The notes under the pieces: generated by a model | What the model saw: only the letters and a program-made list of their open reading frames with translations | The model's database searches: none | Told to the model about the DNA's origin: nothing | Made by a program: the position numbers and the translations under genes | Source: Camelus ferus | Lineage: Eukaryota | Assembly (NCBI RefSeq): GCF_009834535.1 | Contig: NC_045696.1 | Location: 95,420,001-95,484,000, forward strand | Length of the DNA: 64,000 nt | Reading direction: 5' to 3' | In this document: piece by piece, positions 53,780 through 64,000 of the stretch | Position numbering within the stretch: position 1 is the stretch's first letter | How the letters are laid out: every line of letters starts with the position of its first letter

Positions 53780-55011
53780 TATTGCTTTGAACTCTCTAGC
53801 AGGTAAATTATTTAATCTCTGTTTCATTAATTTTTCCCTCTGGGATTTTATCTCGCTCTTTTTTATTTGAAATATATTCCTCTATTTTCTCATTTTGTTT
53901 AACTTTCTCTGTTTGTCTCTATGTAACCAGGTGAAAAAGTTACCTATCCTGGTCTTGAAGGCATGTTCCTGTGTGGGACCATCCCTATGCAGTCAACATG
54001 TGCCCAGCGGCTTTGGTGGGAGAGCTGGATCTGAAGTGACACAAGCTCTTCTCCCAGGGCGTGCTGGCAGCCAGCACCTTAGTGTGAGGTAGGGCTAAAG
54101 GTGGAGGCGAGAGAGACAGAGCCAGGTGCTAGAGCTTCTCCTATGCTCAGTGGTGGCTGCCACCCTGTGGAGGGGAGGGCTGGGGACCGTGGGGCTAGAG
54201 CAGGAGTCCTGAGGGAGCTGGGCTCCTCCCTGGTGTGATGGCAATCTCTGCTTTGGTTGGAGACATGGCTGGGGCCCAAAGACTTCTGAGCTGGCTCCAA
54301 TTTTCCCCAATGTGTTTTCCTTGATTAGAGATGGGGTTGGGGCCAAGGATTTGGAGTCTTCCCTGGTGTGCAAATGCTCCAGCAATGGCAGCCACTGCTT
54401 TGGCCAGAGCTGGACAGGCTCTTCTCCTTCCCTGGTGAACACACACATGTTGGAAATGGTGGCCTCTGCATTAGCAGGGAGTGGTGGCAGGGCAGGAGGG
54501 GCTGGAGCAGGGGCCTGGTGTGTGCTGTGGGGTGCACTGGTGCTGTCCTGGCAGGCTGGCCAGAGCACCTGGCAGTTTTCAGTCTGCTGCCTCTGTGCTG
54601 AGGCAGGTGGCAAGCAAGTCTGTGCATGTGTTCTTTAAGAGTCGCGTCTTGGTTTCTTAGAGTTCTCTGGTAAGCCCCACTGGTTTTCAAACCAGCCAAA
54701 GGGGCTCATCTTGATGTTGGACCCCGGGGCTGGAGTGCCTAATGTGCGGCTCCTCAGTAGGGAGGATTCTGGAGCCTGTGAGATCTCCTTATGGGTCACC
54801 CACTAGGGTTGCAGGTCCTGACCAGATTTCTTCTCCTCCCCTCCTACCAGACTCCATGTAATTTTCTTTACAGCATTGGTTGTAGAGCTGTTTTGCTAGT
54901 CTTCAGGTCATCATCAGCAAGAGTTGCTCTGTATGTCGTTGTACTTTTGATGTGTCCTTCTGGGGAGGTGAGCTCAGGGTCTTCCTACTCTGCCATCTTG
55001 ATCCCACCTCC
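53780..55011 (-). mobile_element. L1 5'UTR (internal promoter) plus start of ORF1
   Basis: Minus strand starts ggaggtgggatcaagatggcagagtaggaagac (YY1-type CAAGATGGC motif), GC-rich UTR, then ATG at 53893: [37 protein letters not shown], a degenerate L1 ORF1 N-terminus. Confidence 0.9.
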
Positions 55012-57269
55012 AAAAGTACAGACACTAAAGTGAAATTTCTGAATAGACTCTCAATCTGTTAGTTGCTAGCAAAGTAGTTGTTTTTTTTTTTTTAAGAAAT
55101 TTTATCTTTTTTTGAAGTCCTCTGTGCTACATAGACTATAGGTAGAATTTCTAAATTAGATTATTTTTAGTTCCAAAAGGCCAGACATACTTCTTTTGAA
55201 TTTTATAATAAAATTTTTCCCCCAACATCACAGATATGTATGATTGCATACCACATATCATGTACAATGTATAAGGCACTTGGCTGGGTGTTGTGGGTGC
55301 AACTAAGGTGAACTGTTCACAGTTCCTGTCCTGTAGCCACTCATTTTAGTGTGGGAGACAGATTGATTACGAATCTCTAATAAATATCAGAAGAAGAGAA
55401 ATTGTCACAATGGGGATGCAATATAAGATAGAAATATGCAGGAGTGCAAGAGGGAAAGTTGTCAGTACCGCTTGACTTCATGGCAGATTTGAGTTGACCC
55501 AAATGAATAAAAAAAGTCTTCCAAATATATTTATCAAAAAGGACATTCTAAGCAGTGAAGACAGCTTCAGCAAAGATATGGAAACAGAAAAGTAGATGTT
55601 ATTTAGAGAAACAAAGATTAATCTGCTGTGTCTTGCACATGTATTTAACATGCATTTAAATAATAGTGTAAGAGAAAATGAATAATTTTTACGAAAATTC
55701 CTAATGCCTGGCCAGGAAGTTTTGACCCTGTAAGAAAGGGACATTGTGGAATGATACTAAGTTAAGATATATTATTTTCTTCTTTTCTTTTTTCCCTTGG
55801 CATTATAAATGAAATAATAGTAAAAATTTAAACATGTCTATTCATATGATTTTCTCCTCTTAATGTTCTTGGGTCTAATCCTTCATACTGCCTTCATATT
55901 GCTTCTCTTTGCCTCAAGGAAGATTAGTATTGCTACATCAGAGAATAAAACAACAAAAGAGTAAGAGAGAGAGAACACCAGTAGTAAGTTTTGAATTGCA
56001 AAATTATATTTTTGTGTTCTTAGCAAGACAATAACCTTAAAATTTTAGTGTTGCTGCAATATAAAAAGAATTTCCAAATTTCTATAGCTTCCACAGGGAT
56101 CTGGAGCCAGCGGTCTGATTAGAACTTACCACTTCATCCCCAGTGTGAAATAGATTCCATTTTGAGGCTAAACTCTCTGGGAAAAAGCAAGATGTGATGA
56201 AAAGAAGAAGAATCCATCAGACTATGGGAAGAAGAGACAAAACCTGACCCGAAGAGAAAAGAACAGCTATTGTATTGAGAGACACTTTCTTGAAAACGTC
56301 ATGGCCTTGGGCTTCCTTCTCTGCTATCTGTGTCTCACTAAGAAAGCTCATTTATACCCAGACAGAATGTCTCCAACACGCATGGAGGATGAGAGAGTAT
56401 CTGAAAGACTTACTGGAGAAAGAATCAACCAGAAGAGACAGTTTAATGGGGGAAGAGATGAGATACTACAGTCTAGGAATTTTAAAGAGTTGTTTGGTTC
56501 TCTCTTTTACTACTCAAAGAGATGAGGATTCCAAAGGAAAACCACATCAGTTATGGAAAATAAAACTACATTTGCTTTGAGTATCCGAATGTTGTGCTAT
56601 TTTTCTGTTTTCTATTCAATGCGCTTCATCCATTTATGTAATTATTTATTTCTTTTCTTTAAACCACACCAATCATATAATAAAAGACTAAAAAGATCCC
56701 CTGCTGGTTTATCAAGCCTTATAGCATCTTGGTTCTCTCACTTGCTGCCTGGATTGCAGGTCAGAGGTAGTGACTCATCATGGCCTACGATGAAGGGTGT
56801 CCGGTGAGTCTCACATACCCCATGAGGAAGGCAGCAGAGAAGCTGATGGAAAGGGAGGAGAGTAAAGAAGACTGGAAGTACCATGTCTGGTAGAAAGAAG
56901 AGTGATGATTCCATTACTCTGAGGTCTAGCTTATACTGACCTAGTGGTCATCCCTCCAAGTCAGGTACCAGCACTTTGGTGCACAGAAGACTATATTAAA
57001 CTTATCGACTATTTCTTGAATTACCTTTTCATTCATTCACTTTTGCAAAATAAATGTATAGGCTCTTTTCCTCCCCTCCCTGTTGCCATTAATCCTTTAA
57101 TCCCTAAATTAGTTGCCATGCATCCGTTTGGGAGTTAGATTTGGCAATACTAACAGATATTAATAGAAGGGCCATATTGTTTCCAATTACTGTAAAAGAT
57201 AAAGAAATGTGAATTTGACAGTATGTGTAAAACTGTCTTGTTAAATAGAACACACGTGCAATAAAATGA

Positions 57270-57475
57270 AAAATGTGTATCTGAGGATGGAAAGCAGATC
57301 AATGGTTGCCAGAGAGGAAGAAGGGGTGGCACCAAATGGAATTTATGGAAATGGTAGAAACATTTTCTACCTTTCTTGTAATGGCGTATCCACTTGTCAA
57401 AACTCATTGAACTGTACACTTAAAAGTACCCTCAATATATGTAAGTTATACTTCAATAAAGTTAGTTTAAAAAAA
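57270..57475 (+). mobile_element. old L1M 3'UTR
   Basis: 'gcagatcaatggttgccaga...cttgtcaaaactcattgaactgtacacttaaaa...gtaagttatacttcaataaagtt'. Confidence 0.85.
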
Positions 57476-57494
57476 TAGAAACAGAGTAATTTTG

Positions 57495-57690
57495 TCAAGC
57501 AGTTAAGGAAGTATGCTTACCTAGGTTTGAATTCCTACTGGGCCCCTTACAAGCTGAGTGATCCTGAGCAAGTGATGACCTCTCTGGACCTCAGTCTCTT
57601 TATCAAGTGGGGTTAACAGTAATGTCCATCCCCTAGCATCCGTATTAAGAAAATGTGGTAATGTACATAAAGTACAATGTATGTAAAATA
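57495..57690 (+). mobile_element. MIR SINE
   Basis: 'ggtttgaattcc...tgatcctgagcaagtgatgacctctctggacctcagtctc'. Confidence 0.8.
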
Positions 57691-59329
57691 GAATTTACAT
57701 TGTATCCAAAAGAGGCCTTTGAATGCATATCTTAATCTATAACTGCATAGCCAAATTAGAGCTAATAAGAAAAATTCTACTGATAGACTTGAATAATGTA
57801 ATCCCAATTTTAAGAGACAGTTCTTTGATACAACACCTAAAATAAATGTGTATGTTAGTATTCCAGTTTTTTTCCTAATATGAAAGTATTCTTTCATTGT
57901 ATTTTATTATTTCAGGAGAAAATATCATATACAGCTCTTCTCACAGAAACTTTAAAGGGAAAAGTTTTTGATGTGCTCTTAGTAAGGAGTATTACTACAG
58001 TGTGCTAATAATGATCATATAATTTTCTTACATTGCCAGGGCTCTAAAGTACACTACATCAACAATGAAAACTATGAACTTTTATTAGCTTATGCTACTA
58101 GAAATTACTTCCTTTAAAAGTAAAAGATCCCCATTTCTTCTTTGGTTCCGTAACCACCTTTGGAATGTTCTGCTGAATTCTTTTAAAGCAGCCTAATTTA
58201 TGGCTCAAAGAATCATGGTGACTTCAGTATGAAGTTAATTCACTTAAATACAGACTAGCTTCTGATTCTCTTTGAGATTTACATTGTATCCAAAGAAGGT
58301 ATAAAGTTGATTCACTCCCTCAGAATAAAATGATAAGAGTTACTGCTCTTGGCCTCTCTATGACTGCTCCAGTTAACAAATGTTTTGGCCTTTTAAAACA
58401 ATGACTAAAAAGCTCACCATCTGAAAGCTTGGAAAGGAATGAGTTTACCACAAAATATTTAAATGGGATTTCACCAGAAGCTGAGGAAAACCAGAGAAAA
58501 ATTAACTCTCTTATTTCTTGCTTCTCACTTACACTTGCTTTTGAAAAGAACTGGAGGCACACAGCCTCGTGCATTTGTTAGATAGTTTGAAAGTTTTGGA
58601 CAGAATAAGAGAGATGGAATTAAGGTGGGTTTGTTTAATTATTTTATTATATGCTACATATCTTAGAGTTGATAAGAAACTCACTTTTGCTGCATTGTAG
58701 TGAAGGGTGAGCTGTAATTCGGAACACATTCAATTACCATTCTGTACCACAGCATCAAGGCTTCCCTGCAGGCCATTAATTTTAGTGAGATTTCTAACAT
58801 AGTAGCTAAGAGTGCATGTCCTAGAGTCAGGCACATCTGGGGTTGAGCACTGGCTCTCCAATCCAACGAACAAGCTTTTTGGTCGCGATTCCTGCCTCTC
58901 CAAATCAAAGACAATAATAATTAACACCTCATGAGGTTTTGGGAGCATTAAGTGCACTAGCATATGGCAAAGGCCTATTTCTACTCTTTGCATATTATAG
59001 TCTTGACCTGGCTCCATTTATATAGAGAAATTCCTGAGGTGTGGATAGTCATGACATATTGATAAATACTACTGAGAGCAAAATTTAAAATCTTGCTCTT
59101 CTGTTTCTTCTATGCAAGGTGGATGGAGAAGAAAACTTGAACATTGTATCTTTACACAATTGCATCTTATCTCCATTTTAAGCAGATCTGGTCTTTTCTT
59201 GATCTTACATACTTGGCCATACATGCTCTCTATAAAACTCATTTCTTTCTTTAAATGAACCTTTTTTTTGAAGATGAACTATATTCTACCAGGCTTCCTT
59301 GAAAGATATGTGCATTCTCTTTTGGAATA

Positions 59330-59700
59330 GATTACTCTAGGGATCCTTGTCTCTCTGTTTATAATTCAGCTGGGTTTTGCCACCCCCAGTTGTCTACTAG
59401 GCAGCTCCATGTGAAGAGTAACTGCACATTCAACATCGAAGTCGTCATCCTTTATCTCATCAACCCTCCTTTCCTTTCGTTCTTCTTTCCATATTCCTCT
59501 TCCTGGTTGATGGCTTGACCATACACTCGGTTTTCTTACTAGACATCTTGAAGGCCTTCTTGATGCTCCATTTTTCTATCTTATTGTATCTTATTGATCC
59601 AGTTCGATTCTCACTACTTCTCAACATGCAGCTTCCCTCTGATACTACCATTTATACACTTTTTCAGCCGTGTGCCAAGATGATTCTTACCTCTGCATTT
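59330..59700 (+). mobile_element. L2 LINE internal fragment
   Basis: 'cagttgtctactaggcagctccatgtgaagagtaactgcacattcaacat...cttcctggttgatggc...accatacactc' matches L2 body. Confidence 0.55.
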
Positions 59701-60951
59701 TCATTCGTGCTGATTACTCTACTTGGAATGTTCTCTGAACAAGCTACAATTTCAAAGCTTACCTATGTGTCAGTTTTGCACTGAGGCCCTGCTTCTTGGA
59801 CAGGCATCTGGACTTTGTGGCATAAGCTCTTACTCTCTGATACAACTGTCTTGTATATGCTTTGTCTTCCTTGAGGAGATTGATGCAAGGCAGATGGGCT
59901 CTGGCTCAGATGCCCAGATTCCCTTCTTGGTGTCATGACTTACCAGTTCCCTTTTCTATAAAATAGGGTTAATGTAATACCAGGAGATTTTTGATATAAT
60001 TAAATTATATAAGGTAACTGAAAACCCTTTTTTGTTGAAAATAGTTATTTTTATTATGCTTTTCTATTTGAATCAGCTATGGCTTAAACCAAAAAAAGGT
60101 CCCTATTGTTTATTGAAAATTTGCTTCTTTATTGACTGATTGGACTGCAAATTTAAAAAGACTTTATTACTTCATGTGAGGAAAAATATTTAACGTTTCT
60201 GATGAAACATACACCGGGTCATATTTGGGATCACGCTTTTTTTTTTTTTTTAATTTAGAAGTAGCTTACACAATGCATGTCCTGAATAGAATGCCTGTAT
60301 TTACTGTGAAATAAAGTCAAGAGTAAAACCAGGCAAAAAGAGAATAAAACTAGAATTTGGCTTAAAGTCCAATCATACTGGCCCATTTCTATAATCTCTG
60401 GTTTCTTTACCTCTAGACTTTCCTTGTCTTGATTCCTTTAACGCCTAACTCACAGACAAATCTTCCAAAAATATCGCTATCATCATGTTGCTTTCCTGAG
60501 TAAGGACCTGCAGGGTATTCCCATAACCGGCAGCATCAAGATCCTAATTCTTTTCCTGAAATTCAAGGTTCTTTGCAGTTTGGTCCAATTCATCTACCCA
60601 AATTCATCACTTACTACTCCAGCAGATGTGATCCATAAAAAATCTTTCTATCAAACACATTTAATAGTCTATGGCCTAGGATCTGACACTTATCAATGTA
60701 TCTAGAGCTATCTAAAGTCATCTTCTTTATGGAAAACTTCCTTAACTGTTAGAACCCATATTTTTAGTACACAAACTAAATAACAAATCAAAATACACTT
60801 ATTTTTGCTTAGAAGTTGTCAAGCTCTGTGATGGAAACTTTGAAGAGCATAAAGATGAGTTAGTCACAATTTTGCTTTCAGTCTGTTACTAAGTTTCGTA
60901 GACCCACAGAGAGTGCTATGAAGATGAAAGTGAGAAAAGAGTAATGCGTAC

Positions 60952-61108
60952 TGTGTACGTGTGTGTGTACGTGTGTGTGTGTACGTGTGTGTGTACGTGT
61001 GTAAGTACGTGTGTGTACGTGTGCGTACGTGTGTGTGTACGTGTGTGTGTGAGTGTGTGTGTGTGTACGTGTGTGTACGTGTGTGTGTGTACGTGTGTGT
61101 GTGTGTGT
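60952..61108. repeat. compound (TG)n/TACG microsatellite, almost uninterrupted purine-pyrimidine alternation
   Basis: Directly visible; 11 copies of TACGTG. Confidence 0.97.
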
Positions 61109-61184
61109 TAGTGGGTGTCCTCGGAGAAGATTTCCTGTATGATTTGACATTTAAATTGTGCTTGGAAGAAGAGTCAACTAACTC

Positions 61185-61432
61185 AAAAGGCACAATAACA
61201 CATAGTGCCTAGGACCCAGGATACTTTGAGGGGCCCACAAATAAAATGCTTTAATTTTAATTTCTTTTAAAATTAGAAAAATTGAATGTAATAGTAACAG
61301 ATATAGAACAATGAACTGAATTAGGATTATATTTGTCTTTATACCAACACAATAATTTTTAATATTTTTATGGAGGAAGGGGCCCCAAGAGACAAAGTGG
61401 CTTAGGCTTATAAAAGTCCTGTTGTCACCCTG
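61185..61432 (-). mobile_element. hAT-Tip100-like MITE (ORSL-like)
   Basis: 'agtgcctaggaccca...gggcccacaa...tttgtctttataccaacac...tatggaggaaggggcccc...aaagtggcttagg...ccctg' matches the recalled consensus. Confidence 0.6.
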
Positions 61433-61714
61433 CCTGGAAGAATGGCTGTGACATTAATGGGTAGAGATGGAGAAAGGAAACAATGTGTTGTGGGAAAATA
61501 GAGAGTGTGTGGGAAATTCCTGGGGAAAGATAGTGTTGATCAAACATGAAAAATGATGGCAAAGAAAGGTAGGTCAAAAGGTAAATACAGAGGATGAAAT
61601 GGAGCCTTACTGAAGGCATTGTTGGTAGCAATTTTAAAGAGATTTGAACTTGTTTGTGTTTATTTTAAGGGCTGTTGAGAAGGGATGTGGTCTGAGAACA
61701 GGGTTCTATATTTA

Positions 61715-62105
61715 GCACATTCATTCAACAAATATTTATTAAGCATCTATGATGTGCTAGCCATTGTGCTAAGTGCTGAGCGTACAGTAACAGAAGGAGG
61801 GGAGCTCCTGTGTTTATGGAGCTAACGTTCTAATGGGTTCACCAGACAGTAAACACACAAACTATCAAACAAATGATAACTTCCCAAAGTGTATTGTGCT
61901 TTGAAGACAGGAATGGAGGATAGTAAACAGAATAAATGTAGAGTGCTGTCGTAGTAGAGGGGGTCAGCACGCCAAGCAGGAGGAGCATAACAGAGGGAAG
62001 AGCAAGTTCCAAGAGCCGGTAAGTTGACAAGTCTGAAATGAGGCTGGTGTGACTGGAGTGAGTAAATAAGGGAAAGAGTTCATGGGATGAGGCTGGGGAG
62101 GAAGT
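61715..62105 (-). mobile_element. L2 LINE 3' end
   Basis: 'cattcattcaacaaatatttattaagcatctatgatgtgctagccattgtgctaagtgctg...atggagctaacgttctaatggg'. Confidence 0.88.
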
Positions 62106-64000
62106 TTGTATTTTTGCATTTGAATATATAAAATCTTATTTTTCCACTCTTGTTGATATTTCTTTTTTATTTTTTTAAATTTCACACTAACTTGCTTCTT
62201 TTTTACTCATCTGTGTAAAGTATTTTGAATCCTTTTTGGAACATGATGGTGTGCTTAAAATTCTTTTCTCTCCTGCCCAACATCTATCAGTGAGATGAGA
62301 TTATGAAAGACACTGAATAAACATTTTGTACGACTGGTGTGTGAGTCAGCAGATATAGTCAAATATCATATGAAATTCCACTGAAAGGAGCCAAGAATTC
62401 AGTTTGGTCTTAAAATGTCATATAGTTTACATAGTCCTGTGAACATCTAAAATAAAATAAGAGGTATCACATGGCTTCTTTAAATAGTGTTGGCCTGCTT
62501 CTTTGACAAATGTAGTTAGCACTATTTCAAGAGCACATGGTGGTTCACGATCCAGTGTGGAATTTTATCCATCGTCAAGGCAGACCAGGGAAAATACTAC
62601 CTAGGAGCAATACTTAGCGATTATTTTTGGAAGTTCCACCATGTATAGATATAATTTCCCCCAGTGTCTCCAAATAAATTTAAAAAATTAAACTAAAGCA
62701 AAAATGTAATATAAAATAAAGGTTCTGTTAATTGATAAAAGCTTTGGAAGCTCCAAGAAGTTGTGCTCAGATTAAGCATCAATCTATATTTATGGAATAG
62801 TTAAGAAAACACAATATTATGTAAGTTTGAAATAATGCAACAAATCTGATAGATTTTGGTATATTCTGTAATGCTTGTAATATCTCTAGATAAGACAATT
62901 TACTAAGGACCATAGCATTATATACGTTTGTCACAATCACTTATTCTAACTGATGCTATCTTTTGGGGGGTTATTGAAATCTTACATTTTATTTCAATTT
63001 TTGTTAATAGAATTAATCTGGTCCCACTTGTAAATGAATGATTGATTAAGGGGAGTTTATATTTATGACAGGCTTGCTTTCAAGAGGGATGAATAAATCA
63101 TAATAATTTTGAAACTGAGTAATGCTTAGTCGTCAAAGGACTGGACAAACAAGAATTAATCCCTCAATTAGTCTGTCCTCCAACTAAAATCGTTAACTCC
63201 CATTTTCCAGGGGAGCAAAGTTGAGTCAAGGAGACTTAATATTTTGATGCTGTGTAAACGTTGTCACTTCGCAAAGGAACATTAAGATGCAATTTAGAAG
63301 AATGGAGATTTTAAAGTGCAAATAGATTTACGACTCTTGAGGGTGGAGTGATTTATTATTAATTACTTTTTTCTTATCCTTAAGTATACATCAAAGCATT
63401 ATTCCTGAACTAAAATGTAGTGAATGTTTATATTAGGTCTTCATTTATAATTAAGTTTTGTAGATCTTATTTGGGAATTTTATTACGTAAATATGTATAG
63501 CACATTCAATTTAGCCAAATATTTTTCAATATAATACCACAGACAGCAAACTTAGAACTAGTTATGTGTTAGGACAGAATTCTCTATGGGGAAACGCTTT
63601 CTTAATTTTGCCTACTTGGAGCCTATGTATGACCCACTGGTTCAGGAATTTATATTAAAATATGTATTTCCATGTAATCTGATATTTATACCTAGTGGTT
63701 TCATGGAGGGCTAAGGGTTTTTAAAGACAAAAATGTGGTTTAGGATTACCCTGTACCATATATTTCAGGGAGAACAACATAAAATTTACAATAAAGTCCA
63801 ACATCTATATGGTAGGATCTGATATTAATTTCCAGTTCCTCCACACTGTGGATGAAGGGCTGCCGGTGACAACATAAACTGGTACAGATAATAGTGATCC
63901 TACCAGAGTGGGCCCTGCTATTTTGGCTCCCTCGTATTTTACCTCTGTGGTTTGTGCTGAGATAGCTGCTTCATGCTGCACAACTCTAATTACTATTCAT

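Noticed and set aside
54079..54699. Cluster of longer ORFs (up to 172 aa) on both strands
   Set aside because: They lie in the GC-rich L1 5'UTR, where stop codons are scarce; low-complexity translations.
56080..56580. Purine-rich stretch with acceptor-like site and 74-101 aa ORFs
   Set aside because: No recognisable product and stops in all frames across the stretch; possibly an old LTR remnant, but I cannot support a call.
60864..61212. His/Thr-rich and Val/Cys-rich ORFs
   Set aside because: Translation artefacts of the TG/TACG microsatellite.
1..64000. CRISPR arrays, operons, rRNA or other prokaryotic systems
   Set aside because: The sequence is clearly mammalian; no repeat-spacer arrays or gene-dense regions are present.

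Overview
AT-rich mammalian non-coding DNA (intergenic or deep intronic). Two tRNA-derived SINEs of the Vic-1 type point to a camelid (alpaca, llama or camel). I recognise no intact protein-coding gene, and the ORF track is mostly chance ORFs or repeat-derived ORFs. The window is a typical eutherian repeat landscape: MIR, L2, L3/CR1, old and younger L1, MaLR/ERVL/ERV1 solo LTRs, hAT and mariner MITEs, and microsatellites. The standout structure is a ~2.85 kb minus-strand composite at 52165-55011. It reads L1 5'UTR + first ~37 codons of ORF1, then a 126-bp intronless fragment of RPS16 mRNA (residues ~5-47), then a ~140-bp MIR, then the L1 ORF2 C-terminus, 3'UTR and A-tail. It looks like an L1 whose ~4 kb core was replaced by captured cellular sequence. 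Also notable: an orphan ~100-bp polyadenylated retro-insertion with a perfect 14-bp TSD (49967-50065), a tailless SINE insertion, and a purine-pyrimidine alternating microsatellite carrying 11 TACGTG (HIF-core) motifs. Repeat family names come from recalled consensus sequences, not from a search, and boundaries of old repeats are approximate.
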